DNA from: Adineta vaga
Lineage: Eukaryota; Animalia; Rotifera
Assembly (NCBI GenBank): GCA_021613535.1
Contig: CP075492.1
Span: forward strand, 1-64,000
Length of the DNA stretch: 64,000 nucleotides
Direction of reading: 5' to 3'
Part shown: positions 11,925-22,300 of the stretch, piece by piece
Position numbering within the stretch: the stretch's first letter is position 1
Layout of the letters: each line of letters starts with the position of its first letter
Notes under the pieces: generated by a model
What the model saw: only the letters and a program-made list of their open reading frames with translations
Told to the model about the DNA's origin: nothing
The model's database searches: none
Position numbers and translations under genes: made by a program

Positions 11925-12566
11925 TTAAGTAAGAAGAAAAAACGAAAACATTTTGATTTTACTTACCTTTTCTTTCCATCTATTTTCTTGCTCGTTGAGC
12001 ATGCTTATTTCATCCGAATACTGCGAGATACAATCAATGTAGTGCATAAATCTGGGATCATTTGCTATGGGTATATCTGTGTATACATCTATATAGGTAT
12101 ATATGCATATAGTTTCATTCATTCTTTGGTATAGGCAGCAAAACCGAGAAACAAATTGAAGAAACTTACTATGCAATAATGATGTTGGTGAAAAAGACTT
12201 GGTTTTGTTTGAGAGAAGTCTACGTACAATAAAGGTAAGTAAGAGTAAAAGCATGAAAACCAATATTAGACTGATGATAATAGTTTGTCGATATTGTTGT
12301 GCCAGATCTGTAAAATAGTTATTTGATAAAGAATGTGTAAACAATTGAGTTCGATTAAACATCGAAGTAGTTGTGTTTGCAAGAGGGCAACCTTCAGCGA
12401 ATGGAGCTACCGTACAATTCACTCGAAGTGGTTTGATTTTCATTCGATGTAGGTATAATTGCGCTAGATGTTCGTCCATATCGTTGTTAAATATATCGGA
12501 ATAGTTGAGTGGTCGATGAAATCCATAGGAATGACTGCCGTTGCGAAATATATAGTAATTAGTCAT
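11925..12566 (-). CDS. Single-pass membrane protein, probably spliced; Terminon-type TM ORF
   Basis: Hydrophobic segment IIISLILVFMLLLLLTFIV followed by RR; internal GTAAGT donors. Confidence 0.5.
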   Translation of the reverse strand: MTNYYIFRNGSHSYGFHRPLNYSDIFNNDMDEHLAQLYLHRMKIKPLRVNCTVAPFAEGCPLANTTTSMFNRTQLFTHSLSNNYFTDLAQQYRQTIIISLILVFMLLLLLTFIVRRLLSNKTKSFSPTSLLHSKFLQFVSRFCCLYQRMNETICIYTYIDVYTDIPIANDPRFMHYIDCISQYSDEISMLNEQENRWKEKVSKIKMFSFFLLT

Positions 12567-13148
12567 CTTTTTTCCAAAACAATAAAAGTAAAAGATTAGA
12601 CCAAAAAATCTGAAGGAAAAACGAAAACAAAATTCAGGATAAAGTTGATCGATAAAGATAAGTCAAAAATAAACTGATCTTTAGGATTCGAGTCTGTCTT
12701 GGGTATCATAATTAGTTTTATTTCAACTACGAAGATTTGCGGATGATATTAATTGCTACATGCAAGTGATATAAAATTAGAAAAAAAAATACTTGAGCGA
12801 AAATCTATTTTAAAATGATGAAAACTTTTGAGTATTAGCGAAGATTTATTCGAAAAATTTTCGTGATGTTTTTTATCAGTTACATATAGTTTTCGTGTTT
12901 TGACAAAGTTTGTTTGAGATGATTTATAAATTGAATTGGATTAGAATAAGGTGAATATTGTTTCAGAACATTGATAAACTGATATGATATTGATTGGATT
13001 AATCTTGGATGAGTGAATATTTATGAGAAATATGAGATTAGCGATGAATTATATGATGGAGTAAACCGTATGTCTAGTGTCGATTTGATTAATTAATCAA
13101 GATTATTATATGTTCCCATTACTGCAACTGTATAAATTGTTCCGTATT

Positions 13149-13880
13149 TCATTGATGCTCTTCTTCTTCTTTTTGGTGTATGGCATGTGTCATATTAATT
13201 TGATCCATTTGTTCGATTTCGTTTTCTACTATTTCTATATCTTGTGGAATAGTGATTCCACGATGTTCGTTCAATTGATCTTGTTCCAAATCGTCACGTC
13301 GAAATTGTTCTTGTTGTTGTTGTTGTTCGTTTTCGACCGTTTGAGTTTGATCTATTTGCTCAATTTCGTCCTGTATCGTTGGTAATTGTTCTTGAGAAGC
13401 AGATGCTTCGAGCTCATTTATTTGTTTTTGTTTATATTCATCTCCTGCATCGTCATTCTTCTTTGCTTGTAAATGTGTTCTGTAAGTCATTCGATCTGTT
13501 CGATCGACGAATAACTGATGATATTGAATGCTACCATTGTGGTGCGGTGATCGATCTCTATTTGGACATTGGTGTTCAATAGATCGTTCATGTCTTTGTC
13601 TACTGGTATGCTGCATTTGAAGCCGTCGCTGTTCTTGTCGAGAGTGATATGGTCTACCTCGTCGTGCATGTCGTGGTCTGAGTGTACTATCGTATCGTTG
13701 AGGAGCTTGAATTGTTGATAGTCGACTCGAAATTCTATCAGTTGTTGTAAGTTGTGTGAATGGTCGGTTTACAGTTCCATTCTCGACAGATATCAGTAGA
13801 TCAATATTGGATTGGTTTTCATTATTTGAAATTAATGGTTCTGATGGAGTACATCCGAGCTGACTGTTATTTGTATCCAT
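13149..13880 (-). CDS. Arg-rich / Gln-Glu coiled-coil protein of unknown function, 243 aa
   Basis: Open ORF with RHARRGRPYHSRQEQRR and a Q/E-rich tail; paralog at ~14540-15078. Confidence 0.6.
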   Translation of the reverse strand: MDTNNSQLGCTPSEPLISNNENQSNIDLLISVENGTVNRPFTQLTTTDRISSRLSTIQAPQRYDSTLRPRHARRGRPYHSRQEQRRLQMQHTSRQRHERSIEHQCPNRDRSPHHNGSIQYHQLFVDRTDRMTYRTHLQAKKNDDAGDEYKQKQINELEASASQEQLPTIQDEIEQIDQTQTVENEQQQQQEQFRRDDLEQDQLNEHRGITIPQDIEIVENEIEQMDQINMTHAIHQKEEEEHQ

Positions 13881-14539
13881 ATTCTAGAATAAACGTTTGA
13901 ACATAAGAAAGAACAACTTCGACCTTTACATGCTTTTTATAAATATTGAAGCGGAGTTTACGTTAAAGAATATGATATCTTTTTCAGACGAAACTGAATT
14001 AAATCGTATATATCTATAACATATAACAGAGGCTAAATACATTTAGAATATAAACAATTACCAGAATGATGGTTCTATTTATTTTTTGGAATAATAATTA
14101 ATGGTCTACCATTTACATCGAACAGTTGAAAATTGAAATAAAAATATAAGTGATTCGTATGTTGAGAGTTACTTAGATGTAGATATAATATTGATGTAAA
14201 GTAACTCAATATCCTTTGCAGAAAATTAAATGGAATCGTACATGTATCTAGAATATAAAATGTAAAATAAGCAATTTTAAATGGTGAATATGGAGTGAAT
14301 TTGAAGAATATTAATAAACATAAGAGAACACTTTACTCTATTCAAATGGTTTCAGTTTATAGAGAATAGAATTGAAACGGTGATCACAATAGGAATGTTG
14401 AATTATAGATATCGAAGATGAAATATATAGTTGTAAAAGAAGTCTATATAGAACGATGATACTTGTAAGATAAAAGTTGGGTTTAAAAGTAGTTTGGATT
14501 GTATTGAATTATTGAAATAAAAATGTGATATCTTCTCAT

Positions 14540-15078
14540 TACTCTAGTGTTGATCTTCCCTTATCACATTGTTGCCCTTCATTTTGTTCTTTCTCCTCTT
14601 TTCATCTTTCAGTGGCATCAATTTCATCAAGTTGTTGGACTTCCTCTTGCATTCCTGCAAGTTCATTGATTTAGCCTTGTTCCCAACGGTCCATTGTTGT
14701 TTGTAGTTGCCGTTGCCGATTTTGTTCGCGTCCTAGTTGCCGTTGATATTAATCTTCATACCATTGCTCATATTGTTCTTGTCTTCTTTGTGCACTTCGA
14801 CGTTAACAATAGCTTCGTCGATGTAGTTGTTGGTAGTATCGGTGTTGTAAACTTCGTGGTCCTTCTTGTCTTCGGGTTAGGGAATTCTGTCCGGAGGTGT
14901 TCGTAATTGCTGGTAGTTGACCTGTAGCCATATTTACAGGATTAAATATAACTGATAATGATTGACTTGTAGTTATCATTTCATTAGAGAAGAATTGATT
15001 GAAGGTGGATTCGTTTCCATTATTTTCAAATGATGCTTCGTTTGGATCATGACCAATTTGACTGTTGGTTGTATTCAT
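14540..15078 (-). pseudogene. Disrupted paralog of the 13149-13880 ORF
   Basis: N-terminus MNTTNSQIGHDPNE versus MDTNNSQLGCTPSE; R/Q-rich continuation past the stop at 14803; shared upstream motif. Confidence 0.55.
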
Positions 15079-16153
15079 TCCGAAATGGGTGTTCAGGAAT
15101 AATAGTAATAATAAACATTCCCATGAATTACATAATTAATAATTTTTAGATATTGAAGTGGAAATGCTCACATGAAAAGGTTGAATATTTGTCTTGTATC
15201 CTGTTCTGAAGTAAACGCAGGTGTAGATATGTCTAGAAAAAGTAAAATAATTGAGAGGTATTTGTGTTCTAATTGGATATTAATTGAAAAGTATTAATTA
15301 ACCTAATTTTTCTATTAGGATGTGAATGTAAATTTGTTTACTCACTGCTTAGATGTTGAAATCAAATTATTTTTTAGTTTTCTGGTAAATGAGTTAGATT
15401 AAGATTGTTTACATATCGTTAACTACGTATTTGTTTGAATTGCTTGTAATTCGTACTGTTTCGTTGTTGAATTTCAAATAAAAAGTTAGCGATGTTTTCA
15501 TTGATCTGAAATAGGTGAAAGTTTTAGCTAGCTGTGACGACAGAGAGTAATGATCGCAAATTTAACATCTATTTGAGTTTATTTAGATTTGATTTCTATC
15601 CAATTATATCTTAAAGTATCCAAACCAACTATGTCATCAAAACGAAACAATTCATTTTACACCAATCAATCAACAACAAAATACTATCCATGTAGTAATA
15701 ATGGTGAAATATAGATCTAATTCAAAAAGCACCCAAAATCAGATCAAAGAATTGGCATACCTAAACAAATGTAAAAGGTGAAAGTTTCCGTAACACATAT
15801 ACCCGCCTCTATATAATCGGACGAATGTAATACAATCATCTCAGAAAATGCCAACCAACGTCACAGCATCACAACCCATTCCAATAAATATACCATGTTA
15901 TTGATAATTCCAAACCAATACCACATAATTCCACTTAATGAATCTTTCACCCAGAAACGTTCACCTTTCTCCTTCTGAAACTTGTACGATTTCCTCACTT
16001 GAATCCTCATTACAACAAAACAACGAAACCTTCTTCTCATTAGTAATACTTTCAAGTGTACACCACTATGTTAACTTTATAAATTTTCATAAATTATGCG
16101 GTATCGTTAGATGTAGCGTATTTTTGAGATGATCGAATAATGAATAAACTCAT

Positions 16154-16215
16154 ATCATCTGAAGAATCTTCTTAGTTGAAGATGAAATCTAGATTATGGT
16201 AGCTAGTACACACCC
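16154..16215 (+). ncRNA. Minimal type I hammerhead followed by ACACCC (retroelement 3' end 1)
   Basis: ATCAT-CTGAAGA-ATCTTC(ttagtt)GAAGAT-GAAA-TCTAGA-TT^ATGGT, then AGCTAGT-ACACACCC. Stem III is the palindrome AATCTAGATT. Confidence 0.85.
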
Positions 16216-16309
16216 ATATTAGACTGAAACAATCTTTTCTGATATCTTCGGATATTTGAAACTGATTTAGTTATTTACTTGTGATTTCCAAAAATCATGA
16301 AGTAATTAT

Positions 16310-16376
16310 TACCATCTGACGATTCCTTTAGCCGGGATGAAATCTAGATTATGGTAGCTAGTACACACCCACACCC
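16310..16376 (+). ncRNA. Minimal type I hammerhead followed by (ACACCC)2 (retroelement 3' end 2)
   Basis: TACCAT-CTGACGA-TTCC(tttagcc)GGGAT-GAAA-TCTAGA-TT^ATGGTA, then the same tail as copy 1 (36-bp direct repeat). Confidence 0.8.
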
Positions 16377-16466
16377 AAAACTACAATGGTTTCATGGAAT
16401 ACAATTCAGTCAGTTAATTCTTTTTCTACTTTTCTACTATAATAATTCAAAATTTCTTTCTATTAG

Positions 16467-16571
16467 ACGATATCAACTGATAATCATGACATAACAGATT
16501 CAACTCCTACATATGATAATTTGCCATCAGCCGATCCACCGAGATATAAAGATTTATATCCTATGGTTTGA
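16467..16571 (+). pseudogene. Last exon of a 5'-truncated ORF ending in a PPxY motif
   Basis: After the TATTAG acceptor: TISTDNHDITDSTPTYDNLPSADPPRYKDLYPMV*. Confidence 0.4.
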
Positions 16572-16756
16572 TCATTTTTACAATTCAACAATTTCTCTTC
16601 AAATTAATTCACTTCTATAACTATCTAATTCCTTTTTTTTCCATAGTCGATAGACCTATTTCACATAATAAAACTCAATGAAGCTGTTTTGTTTAACATT
16701 TCTATATAAATTCCTTTCTTCTTTCTAGATCAATCTCGTCATTCACCGATAGAAAA

Positions 16757-17339
16757 ATGCAATTTCACCGTTATACAAAAATTCTAATAACTCTTTATGC
16801 TCAATTCTATCTTACTAGACATTGTGAAACTCGTGCTCTTATGAATGATACAACAGATCTATCAATCGAACAACTGCTATTATTTCCATCTACATATGAT
16901 CATACAAACGTCGAATGGGATCGAAATCTGAATCTAACTGAAACAACTCAATCAAATTTCCTACATACCATTCACCATGTATCGAACCCAATGCGTAGGA
17001 AAACATTGTACGACAGGTTGTTTGATACAGAGTTCGATTGGTAAGATAGCGACACATTTATTCTCACCCTGATAAAATGAATTTGTGAGAATTAGCTTTC
17101 ATCTCGTTTCACGAATTCATCATGAAATCAATATTAAAAAACTAAAAAGTATTAATTTTCTCCTCATATTTAATTCTTTTTCTAGGCCACGCTATCTTCT
17201 ACTTATCTTCGCCTGCATCGCAAGCCATACTATAGTTGCTTGCTATTGGATATGCAAACATCCAAAAATTCAATATAGAGCCGTATATATGAATGACGAA
17301 AATCAGCAGCCAACAACTAAATTATCAACCACACTATAG
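16757..17339 (+). CDS. Small type I membrane protein (signal-like N-terminus, one TM), 2 exons
   Basis: Exon 16757-17040 joins 17186-17339 through GTAAGA..TCTAG, giving FDW^PRYLLLIFACIASHTIVACYWIC; N-glycosylation sequons NDT and NLT. Confidence 0.6.
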
Positions 17340-17644
17340 ACATTCTTTCAATTCCACTATTTCTCTATACATTAGTTTTTCCTACAAATCCACACCAGTT
17401 AAATGAGAATTTGTTTTAAAAAATCTTTCCTTTCAATCTGATATTCTTACCACGACATAAATTCAATCATTCGTCTCTTTCATTTCAGATAAGACATTAG
17501 AAAATTCATCAACTACAAAATTCTCCTAAAATTTATCCTAATCTTAGGATTAAACTCAAAGCCAATCGAATTTGTTTTGAATTTTAATTGATTAGATTCT
17601 TTGAATTTGATTAATTGGAGTTCTGAATCAGATTTAAGCTACAA

Positions 17645-17688
17645 GCCATCTGATGAGACTGTGAAACTTAGTCGAAACCGGTCATGGC
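17645..17688 (+). ncRNA. Minimal type I hammerhead (retroelement 3' end 3)
   Basis: GCCAT-CTGATGA-GACT(gtgaaactt)AGTC-GAAA-CCGGTC^ATGGC; perfect core, palindromic stem III ACCGGT. Confidence 0.92.
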
Positions 17689-17698
17689 GGGTATTACT

Positions 17699-17793
17699 CA
17701 CACCCACACCCACCCACACCCACTCTCACCCACCCACACCCACACCCACCCACACCCACTCTCACCCACCCACACCCACACCCACCCACACCC
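17699..17793 (+). repeat. Interstitial telomeric-type tract (C-strand of TGTGGG with TGGG/TGAGAG variants), 36-bp higher-order unit, about 2.6 copies
   Basis: CACACC CACACC CACC CACACC CACTCT CACC CACC repeated. Confidence 0.9.
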
Positions 17794-18910
17794 TCAAGAT
17801 GCTAATTCAGATAGTGGTGATGTCAGTGTTCTTCGTGGATATGGTGATGCATCTTTCGCCTCTAAAATATGGTTTCCTGTTGGTCGAGATCCAAGATCAA
17901 TTACTACAGGTGATTTTAATGGTGATGATATTTTAGATATGATTGTTTCTAATAATGGTGACAGTACTGTGAGTATCCTTCTTGGATACGGAAATTGCAG
18001 TTTTAGTACACAAAGAACTTATTCTACTGGTAGTCCTACATCTAATGTAAATGTTGGTGATTTCAACAAAGATAATCAATTGGATGTTGTTGTTGTTATT
18101 AATTATTCTAATAGTATTATGAGCGTTTTTTTGGGTAATGGTGATGGTACTATAGCTAATCGAATTATATATCCAACTGGTCCAAATCCATCTTCTACAG
18201 TTATAGTTGATATAAATAATGATGATCGATTAGATATTCTTCTTGTAGTTCTGGGTGCTACTCAATTTAGTGTTTGTCTTGGTTTTATCAATGAAGCTTT
18301 CGTCAAGAAAACAACATTAATAACGGGTAGTGGTTCTCAACCAAAATCATTAGTTATCAGTGATTTCAATAATGATAATCATTTAGATCTTGCTGTTGCT
18401 AATTCAGGTATCAATCAGATTGGTATTTTTCTCGGTTATGGAAATAATTCCTTTACAGAGCAAATACCATGTTTAAGTGATTATTCTCCAAGATCTATTG
18501 CTATTGGTGATTTTAACAAAGATGGATACATAGACATTGTAGCAGCGAATTCTGATAATGATACTGTTGTCATTTATTTTGGTTTTGGAAATGGTACCTG
18601 TATTGCAAGCGAGAAAGTACTTCAAACTGGTTCAAAAACTAAACCATCTTCGATTGCTGTTGCTATGTTTAATAATGATACTTTCTTAGATCTTATTGTT
18701 GATAATTATGGTAGTAATACTGTCGATGTTTTTCTTGGTTATAATGATGGTCAGTTTGAAGATATGATGAGTTTTGCAATTGGTTATGGAACTCTTCCGT
18801 TTTCGATTCTTCCGGGTGATTTTGATAATGATCAAAGGGTTGATTTTGCAGTAGCCAATGAAGGTACTGATAATTTGAAAATCTTTTTACAAACTTGTAC
18901 ATATTCTTAA
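17794..18910 (+). pseudogene. FG-GAP/VCBS beta-propeller repeat gene, 5'-truncated at the telomeric tract
   Basis: Repeats GDFNGDDILDMIVSN, GDFNKDNQLDVVV, SDFNNDNHLDLAVAN, GDFDNDQRVDFAVAN; intronless; begins mid-repeat (ANSDSGDVSVL). Confidence 0.85.
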
Positions 18911-19365
18911 CTTTTTTATTTTTATTTCTATGTGAATAATTTTTAAAAATTACAATAAATAAACTATTCATTTTCTTTTTTCAAACATAATGTACTAGAT
19001 TTTGGGCATAAGAGTGATTATACAAATTGCAGGAAATAGAAAAGAGTTAGGATCAATTGTACAATTTATTCTTACAAAATCAAAAGAAAATAACATACCA
19101 TTGTTTTATTTAAGTATACGAAATTTACCAAAAGTATGTTTACGTGAAATGAAAAGATTAATTAAATTAGAAAAACTTCTTGAGAAATATCTTATTAAAT
19201 ATATTTCTCGTGATTTGTTTGTTTGTTTATTTTTTTGTGAAAAGGGTGAGTGTAGGAGATAAGAACTAGATGAATGTGCGCTTAAATAAATCTTGATTTA
19301 TTAGTTCGTTATGAATAAATATTCGTTTTTTCAATTTGAAAAAAGTATCAAAATAGAATAAAAGA

Positions 19366-22300
19366 TTAAGAAGAAGCAATATTCTCGTTCGTTACGTCAC
19401 TCAGTTCGATACTTTCGGAACGTTTTGATCGACGAGATTTTCTTCTGGACTTTTTCTGAACAGGAGTTTGATGTTGATGCGATTTTCGTATGAAATAGAT
19501 AATAATCACTGTTAATAGCGATAGAAATGTGACGATTGAAATAACAAGAGATGCAATTAAGAAACTACGATACATAGAAGTATCTTGATCTTTTACTTCT
19601 TCGGGTATCTTTGTATCACATTTTGCTTGATAGGTATTTGTCGCTGAACAGAAAAACATTGTTTGTTTATCTAGTACGGAGGAAGGAGTCAGTTGATTTG
19701 TTAAGATACCTTGTTTTAATGCGGAAGTGTTATCAGATAATTGTCGTTCGAAATCAATATATAATGCATTGGCAGTTAATATGAAATTAGAAGAATTAAA
19801 AAAATTGATCACACTAGTAATATATTCATCTGTGTCTATTGATGAATGTTGTTTGAAAGGAATGAGTTGAATAGATGAGATGTTGATCTGTTGTTGATTG
19901 GAAGGATTTAAGGCAAAAATGAGATCAACCAATAATTGTTGTTGAAGAGAATTGATTGACCATGAATCGATTTTCACAGTTAAAAAAATAGAAAATTGTA
20001 TATAGGAATCGATGATAAATGATGATGAACTAGTAGTAGATTTTAGACCAATCGAAGTAATCGCTGGTGATGAAGTGATTTGTGAATTTAATGTAGTTGA
20101 TAGAGAAGTCAAAGAAATGTTAGAATATAATGATGATGAACTAGTAGTAGATTTTAGACCAGTCGAAGTAATCGGTGATGATGAAGTGATTTGTGAGTTT
20201 AATGTAGTTGATAGAGAAGTCAAAGAAATGTTAGAATATAATGATGATGAACTAGTAGTAGATTTTAGACCAGTCGAAGTAATCGGTGATGATGAAGTGA
20301 TTTGTGAGTTTAATGTAGTTGATAGAGAAGTCAAAGAAATGTTAGAATATAATGATGATGAACTAGTAGTAGATTTTAGACCAGTCGAAGTAATCGGTGA
20401 TGATGAAGTGATTTGTGAGTTTAATGTAGTTGATAGAGAAGTCAAAGAAATGTTAGAATATAATGATGATGAACTAGTAGTAGATTTTAGACCAGTCGAA
20501 GTAATCGGTGATGATGAAGTGATTTGTGAGTTTAATGTAGTTGATAGAGAAGTCAAAGAAATGTTAGAATATAATGATGATGATGATTGTGGACTTGTTA
20601 ATGTAATGTAAGTATTTGAAGTCGATGAGAAAACTGAAGATATGGAAATTGTAGGTAATGATGAATTACTGTATACTATTGTTGGTGAATATTGATTAGT
20701 GATTTCAGTAGTACTTATCGTAATCATCGAACTAGATGTATGTGATGGATCCGTTGATTTCATACTAGTCTTCTCCGTCATCTCAGTCGTTGGAAATGGT
20801 GTCGAAGATGAAATAGTAGTCATATCTATTGGAATAATATTAGTTTCATTTTGTTGAATTTTAACAGTGATCTGATAAATTTGTTGCTTTTGTCGTAAAT
20901 ATTCATTAGGTAATCGATCAAATATATGTAAATCTTTTCTTTGATTATTTTCTCCTAGAAAATGATTAATATCATAGTTAAACCATGTATTCATAGTGAT
21001 ATTTAGACCATCATTCACTCTTATTGATGAAGAAATAATCTTGTAATTTGGATAGATATTCTTTATACGAATATAAATAAAAGATAATGAAGGTATCGAT
21101 AAGATTGGAGTTACGATTACAATGATTTTCATTGTATTAGAATCAATAGATTGATAATCAGCTGTAACATTTAAGACATAATAAACTGGATAAGAAATCG
21201 TTGCATTAGTACTTGTAAAAACTGTATCTGGAATGAATTCACCATCAGGAAAATCATCGACTAAATAATCGCATTTGCCATCATTGAGTTGTCGGTCATA
21301 AATATCTAATGAAACTTGTCGAATTAATGAATGACTTGTTAAAGACATTAACAACGACAATTTTGGATCACCATTAGGATTTTTTTCTGTATACGTAGCA
21401 TTAAATGAATGAAATAATCCTTTCAATGATGCTAGCATTTGCCATGTGATTGATGTCGTTGTAAATGGTTGTAAATTACCCAGATTCCTTGTTAAACTTG
21501 GTGATGATGATAATGTATTATTGACATTCATAGATATAATTTCAAAATTAATTAATAAACCTTTTTCATTTTCAACAATTGTTGGTTGACCACTAGTTAT
21601 TCGAAAATCATTAGCACTACCATAACCACTATTCGTAATCAGCATCGATAAGATAAAAGGTTCAGGTTTAATCTGTTCTTCACCGAGTGAGATAATCAAA
21701 GGATCAGGACCAATAACATATCTATCTAAGAAATAGGCGATATGTAATTGTGCATCGGGCTGAACAAGAATTGTATCAGGTGTTAATGGAATATGTAAGA
21801 ATTCTCCATCTAGATTATACGAAAGATTTCCACCCACTCGATACCATGTTGGTTCAGTTGGTGCTGCCGTAGAATAAGGAATAATAAACCAATTCACACT
21901 ACCTGATGATTTACTTGGTAATTTACCATCACCAGTAATGCCAGTAATAGATCCAGTAAAAGTAGGTTGTCCAATACTGAAATAATGAAGACGATCATGC
22001 TGATTATCGTTATCTTTGATAGTTATATTTAATTGAATGTTCTCGACTGGACTATTTCCAGTATTATCCATTTCTAATTTGGCATCAAAACCTTCTCGCG
22101 TGAAAGTAATTTTTTGTATAATACGAATTTTGACTGTTGCACAAATACCTCGACGTTTTTCACTTTCTTCTTTTGCTTTTTTTAGTTTCTGATGAGTATT
22201 AGAAAAAGCCGCCATAATATCATCATAACCTTTAGTATTAGCATATTTTGTATCTTCTTGATATTGTTTCAAACTAGCTAACCAATCTATTTGTTTTAAA

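Larger units (their letters stand above)
1..15700 (-). mobile_element. Probable giant Athena/Terminon retroelement region (right boundary approximate)
   Basis: RT, ORF1, a second coiled-coil ORF1 paralog, TM ORFs and Arg/Gln-rich ORFs are all co-oriented on the minus strand, with hammerhead motifs nearby and no recognisable host housekeeping gene. Confidence 0.55.

Noticed and set aside
16181-16371. 36-bp direct repeat resembling a CRISPR repeat-spacer unit
   Set aside because: Only two copies, ~119-bp spacer, eukaryotic context, no cas genes; explained as hammerhead 3' ends.
17699-17793. Current chromosome end
   Set aside because: At least 17.7 kb of sequence lies distal to it, so the tract is interstitial.
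20012-20611. 199-aa plus-strand repetitive ORF
   Set aside because: Antisense shadow of the 111-bp Ser/Thr coding repeat.
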